Assembly (NCBI GenBank): GCA_002633005.1
Contig: NMRA01000419.1
Location: forward strand, 335,455 to 399,454
Length of the DNA stretch: 64,000 bases
Source: Phoronis australis
Taxonomy: Eukaryota; Animalia; Phoronida
Reading direction: 5' to 3'
The notes under the pieces are model-generated. The model was not told where the DNA came from and searched no databases. It saw only the letters and a list, made by a program, of their open reading frames with translations. Made by a program: the position numbers and the translations under genes. Of this stretch, positions 10,520-21,729 are shown one piece after another. Within the stretch, counting starts at the first letter, position 1. Each line of letters opens with the position of its first letter.

Positions 10520-13500
10520 CTACTTCTTCGGCCTTGGTGAGAAGAAGCTTGAAATACTTTTCATGCCTGTCCTGTCAGCCTTTGCCAACTTGCTCTGCGC
10601 GGCAGTCAGCTTTACTACCTGGAAATAAATTTTACTTTCACTAGCGGCTACCCCAATACCTGCACAAATAGCGTGCAAACTTTGTGTACGAAGTTAACTG
10701 AGGAAACAATGCGCACGACATGTCAGTGCTGCTCGTGTGCGATAAAGCTCATTGCAGTTGACTTGTACAGGAGTGTAAGGTGAAGCTTGTAAAAATTGTG
10801 TTCACTGGAGTGTGGCTAGCGTGCTAAGGCCACAAGGCAGCTTCTATTCCACCACCAACATCAGGTGCTCCCATCCATTTCCCAGCTGGGATCTAAATAC
10901 ATGTAGCACATAAAACATGTTTATGTTCATGGCGGTCTTCTTTTGTTTGGGGACTGGGGACCAGTGATGACTTAGTGATACTCTACACAATAGGCTGACT
11001 TGCAGATAATGGATCACTGTAATTGAAATTATCAAAATGCCACTAAATTTGAAGATATCTGAATAGTTTTTACACCTTGTAGTGTACGTCGTATAATAAA
11101 ATTTTCGTTCACTTTAATGAACAGACAGCTGGGTCTCGATGCATTTTCTGAAAAATAACACTTTTCTGAAACAAACATGTTAACTAAAAGTGTTATTCAG
11201 AATGTTATATGGGTGGGTTGCATAAAACTTCAAAACGTTTCTGCAGGATAAAAATGTATATTTCTAGGCCATCGGCCTTCTAAAAGTTAAAACAGAACTT
11301 CAAAAAATTTTGATTGTATGTATCATGTAAAATACATTGCTTAATGGCAACACGATGTGCGATAATGTGACGACATTGTTGGAATTCAGCACATAATTGT
11401 CATGTAACCGGGCCTAGACTTACTTCAAATTATTATGTAATTTATAGACACACAATTAGATTGAAACTTAATACATGTCTACCTTTTTGTTGTTGTTCTG
11501 TACTGTAAAGACACCATTTTTACTGTAATCCTCCACTGGACCGTTGTTTTCAGTTTTCATTTTCTAAAGAAAATTAAAAAGAACATTTTGACAAAATGAA
11601 CGCAAAAACTGGGGCTATAGTGTTCTGGATAGATGCATCATTATACTGGAAATTACAACAAAAATGGTAGCGCAACTCAGAAAACAACTGAAAATGAGCA
11701 GCAGTTTGTTTACACCAAGGTAAAGCACAAAACTTACAAATGCAGTTTCTTCATTCTTGGACTTTCTGTCCAAGACTTTCAACCCAATAATCTGACAGAC
11801 AAAACTGAACAATTCCCTTTCATTTGATCCAAGGTTTAAAAAGTACACAACCAAAACAATGCTGGGTAAGGATAGAAATAGTACATCTGTGCAGTTTAGA
11901 ATACAAATCTCCACAATCATGTTACTACCTTTTTAGGAGGTTCATCAACTTTTGCTTTCTCAACCACATCTTTGGTTCTGAAATGGCCAAAATAATATTA
12001 CTTGACAATGAACAGACATGTTAGGGAGGAAGAATCCATGGTTGTGACTTGAATAACACACATCACATCCAAAGATTATACTTCACAGAACACAAGTTTT
12101 GTCAGAAAAGCACCACATACTTTTTATTCTACAATTTTAAAAAATAATGCACTTTGTCTAAATATATTTCCCCAACAACACAATCTTGTCAGTTCCATAA
12201 ATTCCAGATATTGAGAAGTATTTAAACTTGATCTTGAATCAGGGACTCATCTACGATTTGAAAAGCGCGAATCTGAGGCGCGCTGCACTGAATGGGGAGG
12301 AGGTTGCTGAGGGAAAAATTGTAATGTACATAAAAATATGTCATATTCCTTGCATTTTAGCACACTGTTTGAATTTCTTTTCTTGTTCCAAGAACATCAC
12401 AGAGGGAAACTAAACAAAAAATAGGCCTGTTCCATTCAGGATGTGTGCATTGTTACTAGACTGCAAAAATCAAGATCTGTTAATCTTTTTAGTGAGATAA
12501 TCTGAGTAGAGTTGCATGTTAGACAGATAGCCAAAGCATGAGTTCAGGACTCGATGTATCTTGAAGCTCTCAAAAGAGAAGTGTATTTACTTTAGTTTAA
12601 TGCAGTTGAGAAAAACCATTTAAAATTATAAGAAAGTACATTAAGAAATGTATCCTAGCGTACACATGTCTACATTTCATTACATCGCACAGTACTGCAA
12701 TTCATTAGTCTACACTGAACAACACAACACATATCTTCAAGAAATTCACAATTCAGGCCTACCAGTGCTCAACATGGGGGAAAATCTTGACTGGAAAATG
12801 GGAGTGACGGCATATGTGCACTCGCGCTTGATACCCGGACTTGGCTTTGTAAAAGATCACAACCATCAAAAAGCTTCGAAACTCTGTGTTTGAATTTAGC
12901 GCTTGTATTTTCTAATAATTTTTCCCAGCGCTTTACTCGCAAATTTCGAGTCGTTTGGCTACAAGCATCATGGGCACAATGTGGTTACTAATGTCTTCTG
13001 CCGTGCATTATAAATGGATGCTTTGTTGAACTGAAACTTACCAAGTGGAAAGTCAATTACAGTCTTTCATAGTATGCTACAAGAAGTTTATTCTTAAAAA
13101 GAACCATTCTTTTCTTGCAGTTTTAAGAGCCAAATACCGGCCTGGTTTACAGCCGAAGGAACAGGTGCTGTGCATGAGACTGGCTGACCTACTTTTTCCA
13201 TGTGCGGCACACACAGGGGAAACTTGCCAATCACCCAATAACCATATGATAGAATAATTCTACAAAAAGCTGAAGTATTTCGAGGCGTTTACTTTCATGC
13301 TAATTTAGTCATTGAATACGTAACCAATATCACACATAAAATTTTTTCTCATGAAGTTTGCACTGCATTCTCACGCATCAATATACGTCGTTCAGTGGCT
13401 TGGATTTCATTTTTTTTTTCATTCATTCGATCGAGTTGCAACCGAACTATGCAGACAAATTAAGGAAGTTAGCACTAAGTTTTATCTGGTTTGGATGTTC

Positions 13501-16500
13501 AACGATATTGATGGCATTTGTATGGCAGGTCAGTGCTAGTACAATTTTGGCATGTATTCTTTTTTTCTCAAGGTGTATGTTCTCAGCTATTTCAAATTGG
13601 TTGCTCTGTTGAATACATTTAACGAGTGCCGCTTCAACTGCCGCGTTGGCACCTAGCATTAGGGGTACGACAAATCTTTTTTACTTCAGGTGTGGGTTCT
13701 TCAATTTCAAAGAATAAGTGTACAATATGTACATGTAGTTAGTGCTGGATGCAATGATTCTTGACACTCACCGTGCGGGGGATTCCATATGATGAAGTCA
13801 CCTTGACATTACAGAACAGGAAGGTATTCGCCAAAAATGGCTGTCAGTACTTGCCGATCGTCATTGTGGCATTTATAGTAAAAATATACAGCAAAAGTTT
13901 CTAATGTCGAGTTTCTTTTCTTAATATTTAGCGAACTTAAACAATGGACTGTAGGTTTCAATAAAATTTATAAATCATCATGTTAAAATTCTTTGCTTAG
14001 CCTTCATTTTCACTGAGGTTGTCTTAAAACAGGCTGTCTTTTTTCGGTCTTGGCCATGCCATTCAAAGCCGTCATTTTTTTAAAAGGGCTGTCCCAATGA
14101 TGCAGGGCTTGGAATGACCAATGACAAAAGACGCGGAAACTTTGAAACTTTTAGAGCCCAAATCATGCACACTACCCAGCCTTGAAATGGTCGATGTGAA
14201 CCTTTCCCCGACAAAAATCGTGAGGACTAAAAAAAAAACGTTATCAGTAGCATGCGTCTGCGTCCTTTTAGCTCGTCCGTCCACTCCCAACCCACACATT
14301 TTTGGCTGCAGAGCCGTAGTATTTGTCGCCGCGGTTTACAATAACACGAGTCGCCATTGAAAATCCCACCACGCTATCCTAGATGCCCCGGCAATGTTGA
14401 CAATTTACGTTCCTCCGAAACATAAAGAGCAACTTCCGCTTTTCGAGGTGAACGTCGTCTGCAACGCAGCGGTAAGAAAGGAATTTGTCGCAGAAATTTT
14501 ATATCAAATCCGATTTTTTTTACGCGGAAATATTATAAAATATGCGGACAGAACATTTGAAAAAAGTGGAAATCCGCGTTTCCACGGAAAATTCCAAGCC
14601 CTGATGATGGCCAAGACGGCCACTAGATGAGTCCCTATCTTGAATTCACGCCCTCTGACGAGTGTCTATGGGTCACTGGAGGTGTAAAACTTTAATTCCT
14701 AATGTAACTGACACACAGATGTTTATCAATCTGTTATTTCAGGAAGCAATGTTACGGTAAGTCAACACATAGTGTCAGGTCCATACCCCAGGTGTTCTTT
14801 AAGTTCTGTACTGAGCTCTTCAGTCAGATAATCACCAATAATACCATGAGCGTAGCGTAGATAGTCATCTAAAAGTACATAGAAAAAAATCATGGTAAAG
14901 TTTAGCTCAGAAAAATTTACATATCTGACAGTCCCAATGCACCCTTCTTTGTCAATGCCAACAATAAAGCCAACTATTGTTTGCCATAATGGTCAACAGC
15001 CATTTTACTAACTGAAGCTGAATTTCAACCTGTTTAGCTGGTTAGGTGTTTTTCTCCTATAAAATCAATCTCATAATAATCCTTACCATCACATGATAAT
15101 CACATGATTCCATTTCCGTTACCAATTCACGTCACAGATAATGTGCATGTGTGACATTTTCGTATTAATTTGCAATTTCAGGGTTAAAATCAAGTTTACT
15201 TTAGAAGTTAGCCAACCCTAAAATTAAGGATTCAAAAGTGGTTTATGTACCCCTTGCCTGTGAGTTAAGTTGGTAGCTAATTCAGCCATAAATCAAGATT
15301 GGAAGTGTGGTAATGTTATTAAAACCTAAGTGCTTCGATTATGAATTCAAAATTGACGGTTAAACAGGGGCAAAATGTAGCTTCACTAGACATCTAAATC
15401 TCAGTAAATTATTGCTGTGTACTAATGTAAGCTAATTCACAAAACAAACAACACTTTTACATTCTTTAGAAAAATTAGTTGGTGAGATTAGAAAAGCAGA
15501 AAGCACTCATTTCCAGAAAGATCCAAACCCTAATCAAACTGACTCCCTAAATCAACAAGACAAGTTGAGTTAAACAAACACCTACACTCACCCTGTGATG
15601 CGGGGTTACACTTTGTACTCCTAACAAAAGAGGCCACCTGAGATCCACCGGACACGTGCACACATTTCTCTTCAAGCACTTCACATAAGCGAGTTACCTG
15701 TTTAAACAGACATTACATGTGTCAGACAGTAGGCATAATGCTAATCTGCAATTCAACGGATAAAGATAATTTACGTCAAATGTAAATTTTGTAACTGCTA
15801 ACACTGTAGCTTCATCCATTGGTTAATTTTGTTTTAATTGGGGTTTGGAATTACCACCAAATGCACCATCAGTGTCCCATGTGAAGTTCTTGTAAAATAA
15901 ACTTTGTCAAAAGATGGCGCCACTGGTCACACTGTCCGCCGACTGCTGAAAACATTAATAGGAAAATTTCCACCACCCAAACAAGGTTACTTTAAAATTA
16001 TGACAGAACAATATTTAGAGCCCCAAAAATATTCAAGGCATTGGGAAGTAAAAACAGGGTCTAAATGTCGATATTGACAGAGTTTGAAAACCTTTCCAAA
16101 ATTAGGCCATGTCATACTAATCACAGGTGAAATTTCAGCTGTTTTTGAACGTAGAAACAATTGCTTTACAATAAGGAATATGCCGAGACTAATTTGTTAG
16201 ACTTTAGCCAACCTATTTCATGTTTAAGCCTTAATTAAGTGAGGGAAAATTCTTATAATAAATGACCAGAACCAAACACAGGAAATCTGTTCTTTACATA
16301 CTGTACTACATACAATTGAACAAAATCATAATTTAGAAAGCAATTAATAGCTGTCTGACACCTTAGCAAGCTAAAATTATGACAGATCATTTCCTTCTCT
16401 GAAAAGACAATATAATTCACTAAGTGTGTAAGAGTAAAGGAAATGGTGTTTGGGAAAGTGCATACCCCTGTTTGTCCACCTTGTACAAAATATTTATGAT

Positions 16501-19500
16501 AAAAATGTATTTCGTCAACAGCAATGACACTAGGTATAAAAGATGGCTCCAACTGTTCCCTTGCTCCCTTACGTATTAAACAGTGGCTCCAACTGTTTCG
16601 TTGCTCCCTTACGTATTAAACAGTGGCTCCAACTGTTTCGTTGCTCCCTTACGTATTAAACAGTGGCTCCAACTGTTTCGTTGCTCCCTTACAGAAAGAC
16701 ATTTTTCCATGGTCTGTAGTTAAGGAGGACACATTCAGGATTTAACTTTTAGCAACTGCCATTTTTTAATAAAACATATTTTCTCAATCAGGGTATTATT
16801 TTCAAATGAGAAACTTTAATCATGATTACAGTGGCGGATCTAGGATATCACAAGGGGGGGGCCAACATTTTGTCCGGCTGGAAGCATTTGCGCAAACTGA
16901 ACCACGATTGTAGATGCGCATAGCACCGAATGGGGGGAGGCAAACCCCCCTCCCGCCCAGGAAATTTTTCTGTTTTTACCTCTAAAAATCAAGCATTTCC
17001 CTTGATTCCTGAAGTATTATCCAAGAAAAAAAGGCAAAAAAAAGGAAAACGTGTCAAACAGGAAAACAAGCAAGTACCAAAGACTCGAACTCACGACCTT
17101 GCGTATAGAGCGCGCGTACGTAACCACTACACCACCACGATATATCTACCGATCTAATACTAAAAGACCTACTTGTTTATGGGCCACAGCGTTTGCGCGC
17201 GAAACCTACTTCTTTTTGTAATGCTTATTACACGTTTCATATTTTGTGCCATCAATTCTTAACAAATTTGNNNNNNNNNNNNNNNNNNNNNNNNNNNNNN
17301 NNNNNNNNNNNNNNNNNNNNNNNNNNNNNNNNNNNNNNNNNNNNNNNNNNNNNNNNNNNNNNNNNNNNNNNNNNNNNNNNNNNNNNNNNNNNNNNNNNNN
17401 NNNNNNNNNNNNNNNNNNNNNNNNNNNNNNNNNNNNNNNNNNNNNNNNNNNNNNNNNNNNNNNNNNNNNNNNNNNNNNNNNNNNNNNNNNNNNNNNNNNN
17501 NNNNNNNNNNNNNNNNNNNNNNNNNNNNNNNNNNNNNNNNNNNNNNNNNNNNNNNNNNNNNNNNNNNNNNNNNNNNNNNNNNNNNNNNNNNNNNNNNNNN
17601 NNNNNNNNNNGGGGGGGGCCCGGGCCCCCCCCCCCCTAAATCCGCCTATGGATTATGACTGCAATTTCACAAAATTCCGGTACTCGGTATATCAACCAAC
17701 GTTCACCTTTTGTTTTAACCAGCCAAGTGTTTTGTCTTTGTTGTATCTAAAAGCTTTGAAATCATCATCTCCTGCAATGAAAAATAGGGAGACACCATCA
17801 GCAACATACACAGTACAAATTAAAGAAAACAACACTGACCGATCTCGATACAGTACAGTACATTCTATCAAGGCCAATTGATCAGAAATTAATAGAATAA
17901 GGTTGATGTATTGCGTATAAAGCACTTAATATGCAGATGAAGCTACATACAAACGTTTTAATACATAAAAAATATGTCCAATTTTTAAGACAGATATATG
18001 CATGTCAACCCCACGAAACTCTCTTTATTAGCAGAATGCATTTACATGTACCTCTCACATCAGCTACTTGGTCCAATTGAGTCAGACCTGAACAGTCATG
18101 TAACCTCTGACACTCGGGGTACTCTTCATCTTGAACTATCTGGTCAAGGGTCATGAATTTTCCACCCTGCAAGCAATCAGCACTACTAGACAAGTACTTT
18201 ACATTTTGTCTCAAGAGTAAATTGAGTACAGTAAAATCTATTCAATTTCAAACAAAATAATTGCCAAATGTTGCATTTTTGTTGTTTTCAAGAGCCTCTA
18301 ACATGGCAGTGAATGCCCAAAAAAATTTCAACTGATTGTCTGATGATAGCCAAAAGACACAGAACTTAAACTTGGTAAAGCATTTGTAAGTTGGTGCTCC
18401 TTAACTTTTTCGATACAAAAATACCAACATAAAGTTTTACCTAAATGCTCACTAAAAACTAGATTTAAAGGACCTGGTATTATCAGTTTCCAGAAATGTG
18501 AAATTTCATGGAATTCCCTAGCGATGCAAAGGTACTCAACTGTGAACATTCTCACATATCACTGATTCCTACTACATGACATAATGTGGAGTTGAAAAAC
18601 AAAAAAATTACAGAAATTGGTGAAAACAGATAAACATTCAAAAATTAATAAAGCTTCAGACAAATATATCCAGTGAATGGATATAGATTTTTGTATTTAC
18701 TAATTTGCGAGACAAACTTAACATCTGTTCTCTGTTCATAGTTACGTACAACTGAACTTTTAGGAAGCCACAAATTGGTTACCTTACACTTCATTTTATA
18801 CTAAAAAGACAAGTTACGCCATATATTGCATAACAGAGAAGCAAACAATTGAAACTGTAAGGGTTCTGTTCCGCAGTTTTGTTTTTACCTTGGAAGATTT
18901 GATGAGATACGGAAGAACAAGAAATACTGGATCAACAGGTGTGCTCATGTTCAGACTGCCATCTGGAAACAGAAAACCAAATTAAACAATTACAGATTTT
19001 TCTTTTTCATAATCTGTTTAAATTTAGTAGTATTTCAAGTACACAAAGCTTATAAATGTATATTCACAACAAACAGAATTCCTTCTAAAATATCAGATCA
19101 CAGTGTAAGATTAAATTCAATTCGTACAAAACAAAGTAAAGCGGCAACTTTAGTTGCCAAATTAATACAACAACCATGACAGTCCTTAGATATAATTATA
19201 CTATTAGCATAAGGATAAGCCCATTTTATTTATCTCTTTTCCAAAACAACAGTCCTCATTGGATATTTGTAAGTACCTTGTTGTACACTTTGACCAATGA
19301 TCCAAGAACTGTATTTTTCTTTAAATGCCAACACTTCATAAACCTCTCTGTTGTTATTCCGAAATAGAATCATGCAGCTGTCATCTGAAACAAATATAAT
19401 TAAACCAGATTGCTGTTTGTCTTCCCGTAACGCGGCAATGTTCGTTGTGACAATCGTAACATAGCCCTTTACTTATCAACTTACAGTATGGGAATTGGCA

Positions 19501-21435
19501 AAAAACAAATCACCCAGAGAGAAGCTCTGAAAAATTACTAAAACATTAGTAATTCAAATAAGCTTAAGACAGCCCATTTTAAAGGAAATTCTTCTATGTT
19601 TTTGATAACAACCTTCAGTTGCATCACAGCGAGGCTTCTTTAAGTCACACAAAATTCACAATAATCATGCCTAGCATTAACTCATGAAATAAAATGAATA
19701 AAAAACTACACAATATCATATAATAGTTCAAGTCTCACTCCTCTTGTCTGACTTACATACCTGTCTTAGGGTGCCGAAGTTTGACAAATACTATCTTTGA
19801 ATCTTCACTGTTTTTTTGTAACACAGAATCTGCAAATAAACACATACAGTTACTAATTAATATTATGGCCAGAATGAGAAATCCCAGGTTTATACCCAAC
19901 CATGTTCATACAAGTCATTTGAAAAATTGAAGAAGGTGACAAAATCTTACTTGATAAGAAGGGAGGAGCCAAGCATGAACGGCGAAGGTGGGTAGGCAAA
20001 GAGTTGAATTAGCAAACAATAATCATCAAACATGGCTGAAACACTCCGCCTTGTGCCCTATGGCGGCTTACACATAAACTAAGTTAAACATAAACTAACA
20101 TTCATATACCTTTCTCTTTTAAGAAATGGAACTAAACTTAACAACAATACCCACCAGGACGATAAAGAATTCTAGGGCCTAAATAACATGTGACAATCTT
20201 AACTGTATTAAAATGAGTTCTCATGTGATCCCCTCTGCAACACCTTGAGTAGGTTCACAGCTGGTGCCACACGCATGGTCATATAGTTGGCTAATTGTTT
20301 GGATCATATAGTTGGCTAATTGTTTGGATCATATAGTTGGCTAATTGTTTGGATCATATAGTTGGCTAATTGTTTGGATCCTGAACACCACTTTACTGCG
20401 GAGATTTCTCAAGTATCTAATGACTGCTTGATTGTCTCAATGTCCAGCCTGAGGCGCTTATTATCCACCACTGCACTGCTTCTACAACACTCTTATTGTC
20501 CACGTAGACCACAACTCATTGCCATCTGCGGTAAATCTAACAATTCTTGTACCAAACTTCCAGTACATGCTATCCCTTCTTCTAAACTAAGCGCTTCCAC
20601 AGCAATGGTGGACCTCACCACTCATTTAATTTCATTGGCACATCAAGACTCGATTTTTGGTCTCAGTTGATACGCGGAATAATGTCGAGTGCGATATTAC
20701 TTCATCTACGCCACTCTTGGTACCTTTTGTGTATATATAATGTTCCAATGTTTTATCCCGTCGCGTTGAATCAGTCGAGGGAAATGGCCATGTAATAATC
20801 AACAGATACTTTAAGCAATATGACTAATGGTTTAATCAGTGTGAAGTAGTAATTCACCAAAACGCTTCCAGCGCATGGAGTGCCTATATGGTATGGCCAC
20901 CCTGAGACGGTCACTCAATCAGAACAAGGTGTACGTAGGCATTCTGCACCAACAATTGCGGGTAGGTGGTACATTTAGGAAAGCTCTTTTAAGGAAGTTT
21001 GTGAGACATGCGTGGGGTCCAATAAGGCTATTAAATTTCCATTTGGACCCAGCAAAAGCCCCACTGCATTGCCATTGGGGCATTGGGCCTTTTTGGCCTC
21101 AACCGCAGCAAAATGCAGTACTATAGTGAGACAGAAAAAAATCTACCCGCATAGGCTGGAGGGTTAACAGACCTGGCGCCCGCAGCAGGGGGTCTATCAA
21201 CAATTTTGCTTGCCAATATGAGTGACACCCCTGGGATGGCCATCGTCTCTCACCAGTTGAGACGGTGGAACAGCTACTACAACATGAGTTAGCAGTCAGT
21301 TAGCTGTCATTATTGTCGAGCAACTCTTGCAAGTTATCAAAATCAAAATATAATTGTAGCACTATTCAGTTTAGGGCTAACTATTAAGTTACCTTCAACT
21401 GCAACAACCCATTGTCGCTGCTCGGCGTTGGACAT
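10520..21435 (-). CDS. RNASEH2B: Ribonuclease H2 subunit B, about 296 aa, 11 coding exons
   Basis: Minus-strand exons: 21393-21435 (ATG, MSNAEQRQWVVAVE), 19761-19829, 19277-19384, 18889-18962 (STPVDPVFLVLPYLIK), 18052-18166 (GKFMTLDQIVQDEEYP), 17707-17771 (FRYNKDKTLGWLKQK), 15592-15697, 14787-14868 (DYLRYAHGIIGDYL), 11929-11977, 11483-11563, 10520-10618 (KLTAAQSKLAKADRTGMKSISSFF, PIP-box-like, TAG). All phases join. Confidence 0.93.
14103..14603. mobile_element. hAT-like MITE with 6-bp target-site duplication
   Basis: TIR CAGGGCTTGGAAT...ATTCCAAGCCCTG with ATGATG on both flanks. Confidence 0.8.
16544..16692. repeat. 40-bp minisatellite (~3.7 copies)
   Basis: Unit TGGCTCCAACTGTTTCGTTGCTCCCTTACGTATTAAACAG. 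Confidence 0.9.
16829..17650. mobile_element. hAT-like MITE spanning an N gap, containing a tRNA-like segment
   Basis: TIR CAGTGGCGGATCTAGG...CCTAAATCCGCCTATG with GATTA on both flanks and G/C homopolymer runs. Minus-strand box A/B (TGGTGTAGTGG..GTTCGAGTC) at ~17075-17137. Confidence 0.7.
17271..17610. other. Assembly gap (N)
   Basis: Run of N. Confidence 1.
20281..20380. repeat. 25-bp minisatellite x4
   Basis: Perfect copies of ATATAGTTGGCTAATTGTTTGGATC. Confidence 0.92.
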
Positions 21436-21729
21436 TTCTACTGACTGAGCAGGTTTGGCTAATTTTTATCACTGTCAAGGTGTACTCTCGACACTCAGTG
21501 ACCTACTTATCAGACAGATTTGGCGGGAACCGCTTAAATCACTGAAAACTAAACTGTAAACAGATATAGTTTCCGTCATTCGGTACTACTATTTGTACTG
21601 ATAATTGAACATTTTCAATTCAGTAAAATAGCAAAGCTCCGATTAGCATTGATTGTACAGCATCAAACATATTATTTTAGTTTTGGTATTGGTTCAAACG
21701 GCCTTTATCAATGACCCAATTCAAGGAAA
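21436..21729. promoter_or_regulatory. Bidirectional promoter region shared by RNASEH2B and RPP38
   Basis: The divergent ATGs are about 295 bp apart. Contains an E2F-type site TTTGGCGGGAA (21519-21529), CCAAT boxes (ATTGG 21688, CCAAT 21716) and TTCAAA (reverse CHR-like) at 21693. Confidence 0.65.

Noticed and set aside
17193-17881. Long ORFs of 148 and 211 aa
   Set aside because: They run through an N gap, as do the ORFs at 48103-48489.
20151-20178. Possible RNASEH2B micro-exon (ALEFFIVLV)
   Set aside because: Its 28 nt would shift the frame; exon 21393-21435 joins 19829 directly in phase.
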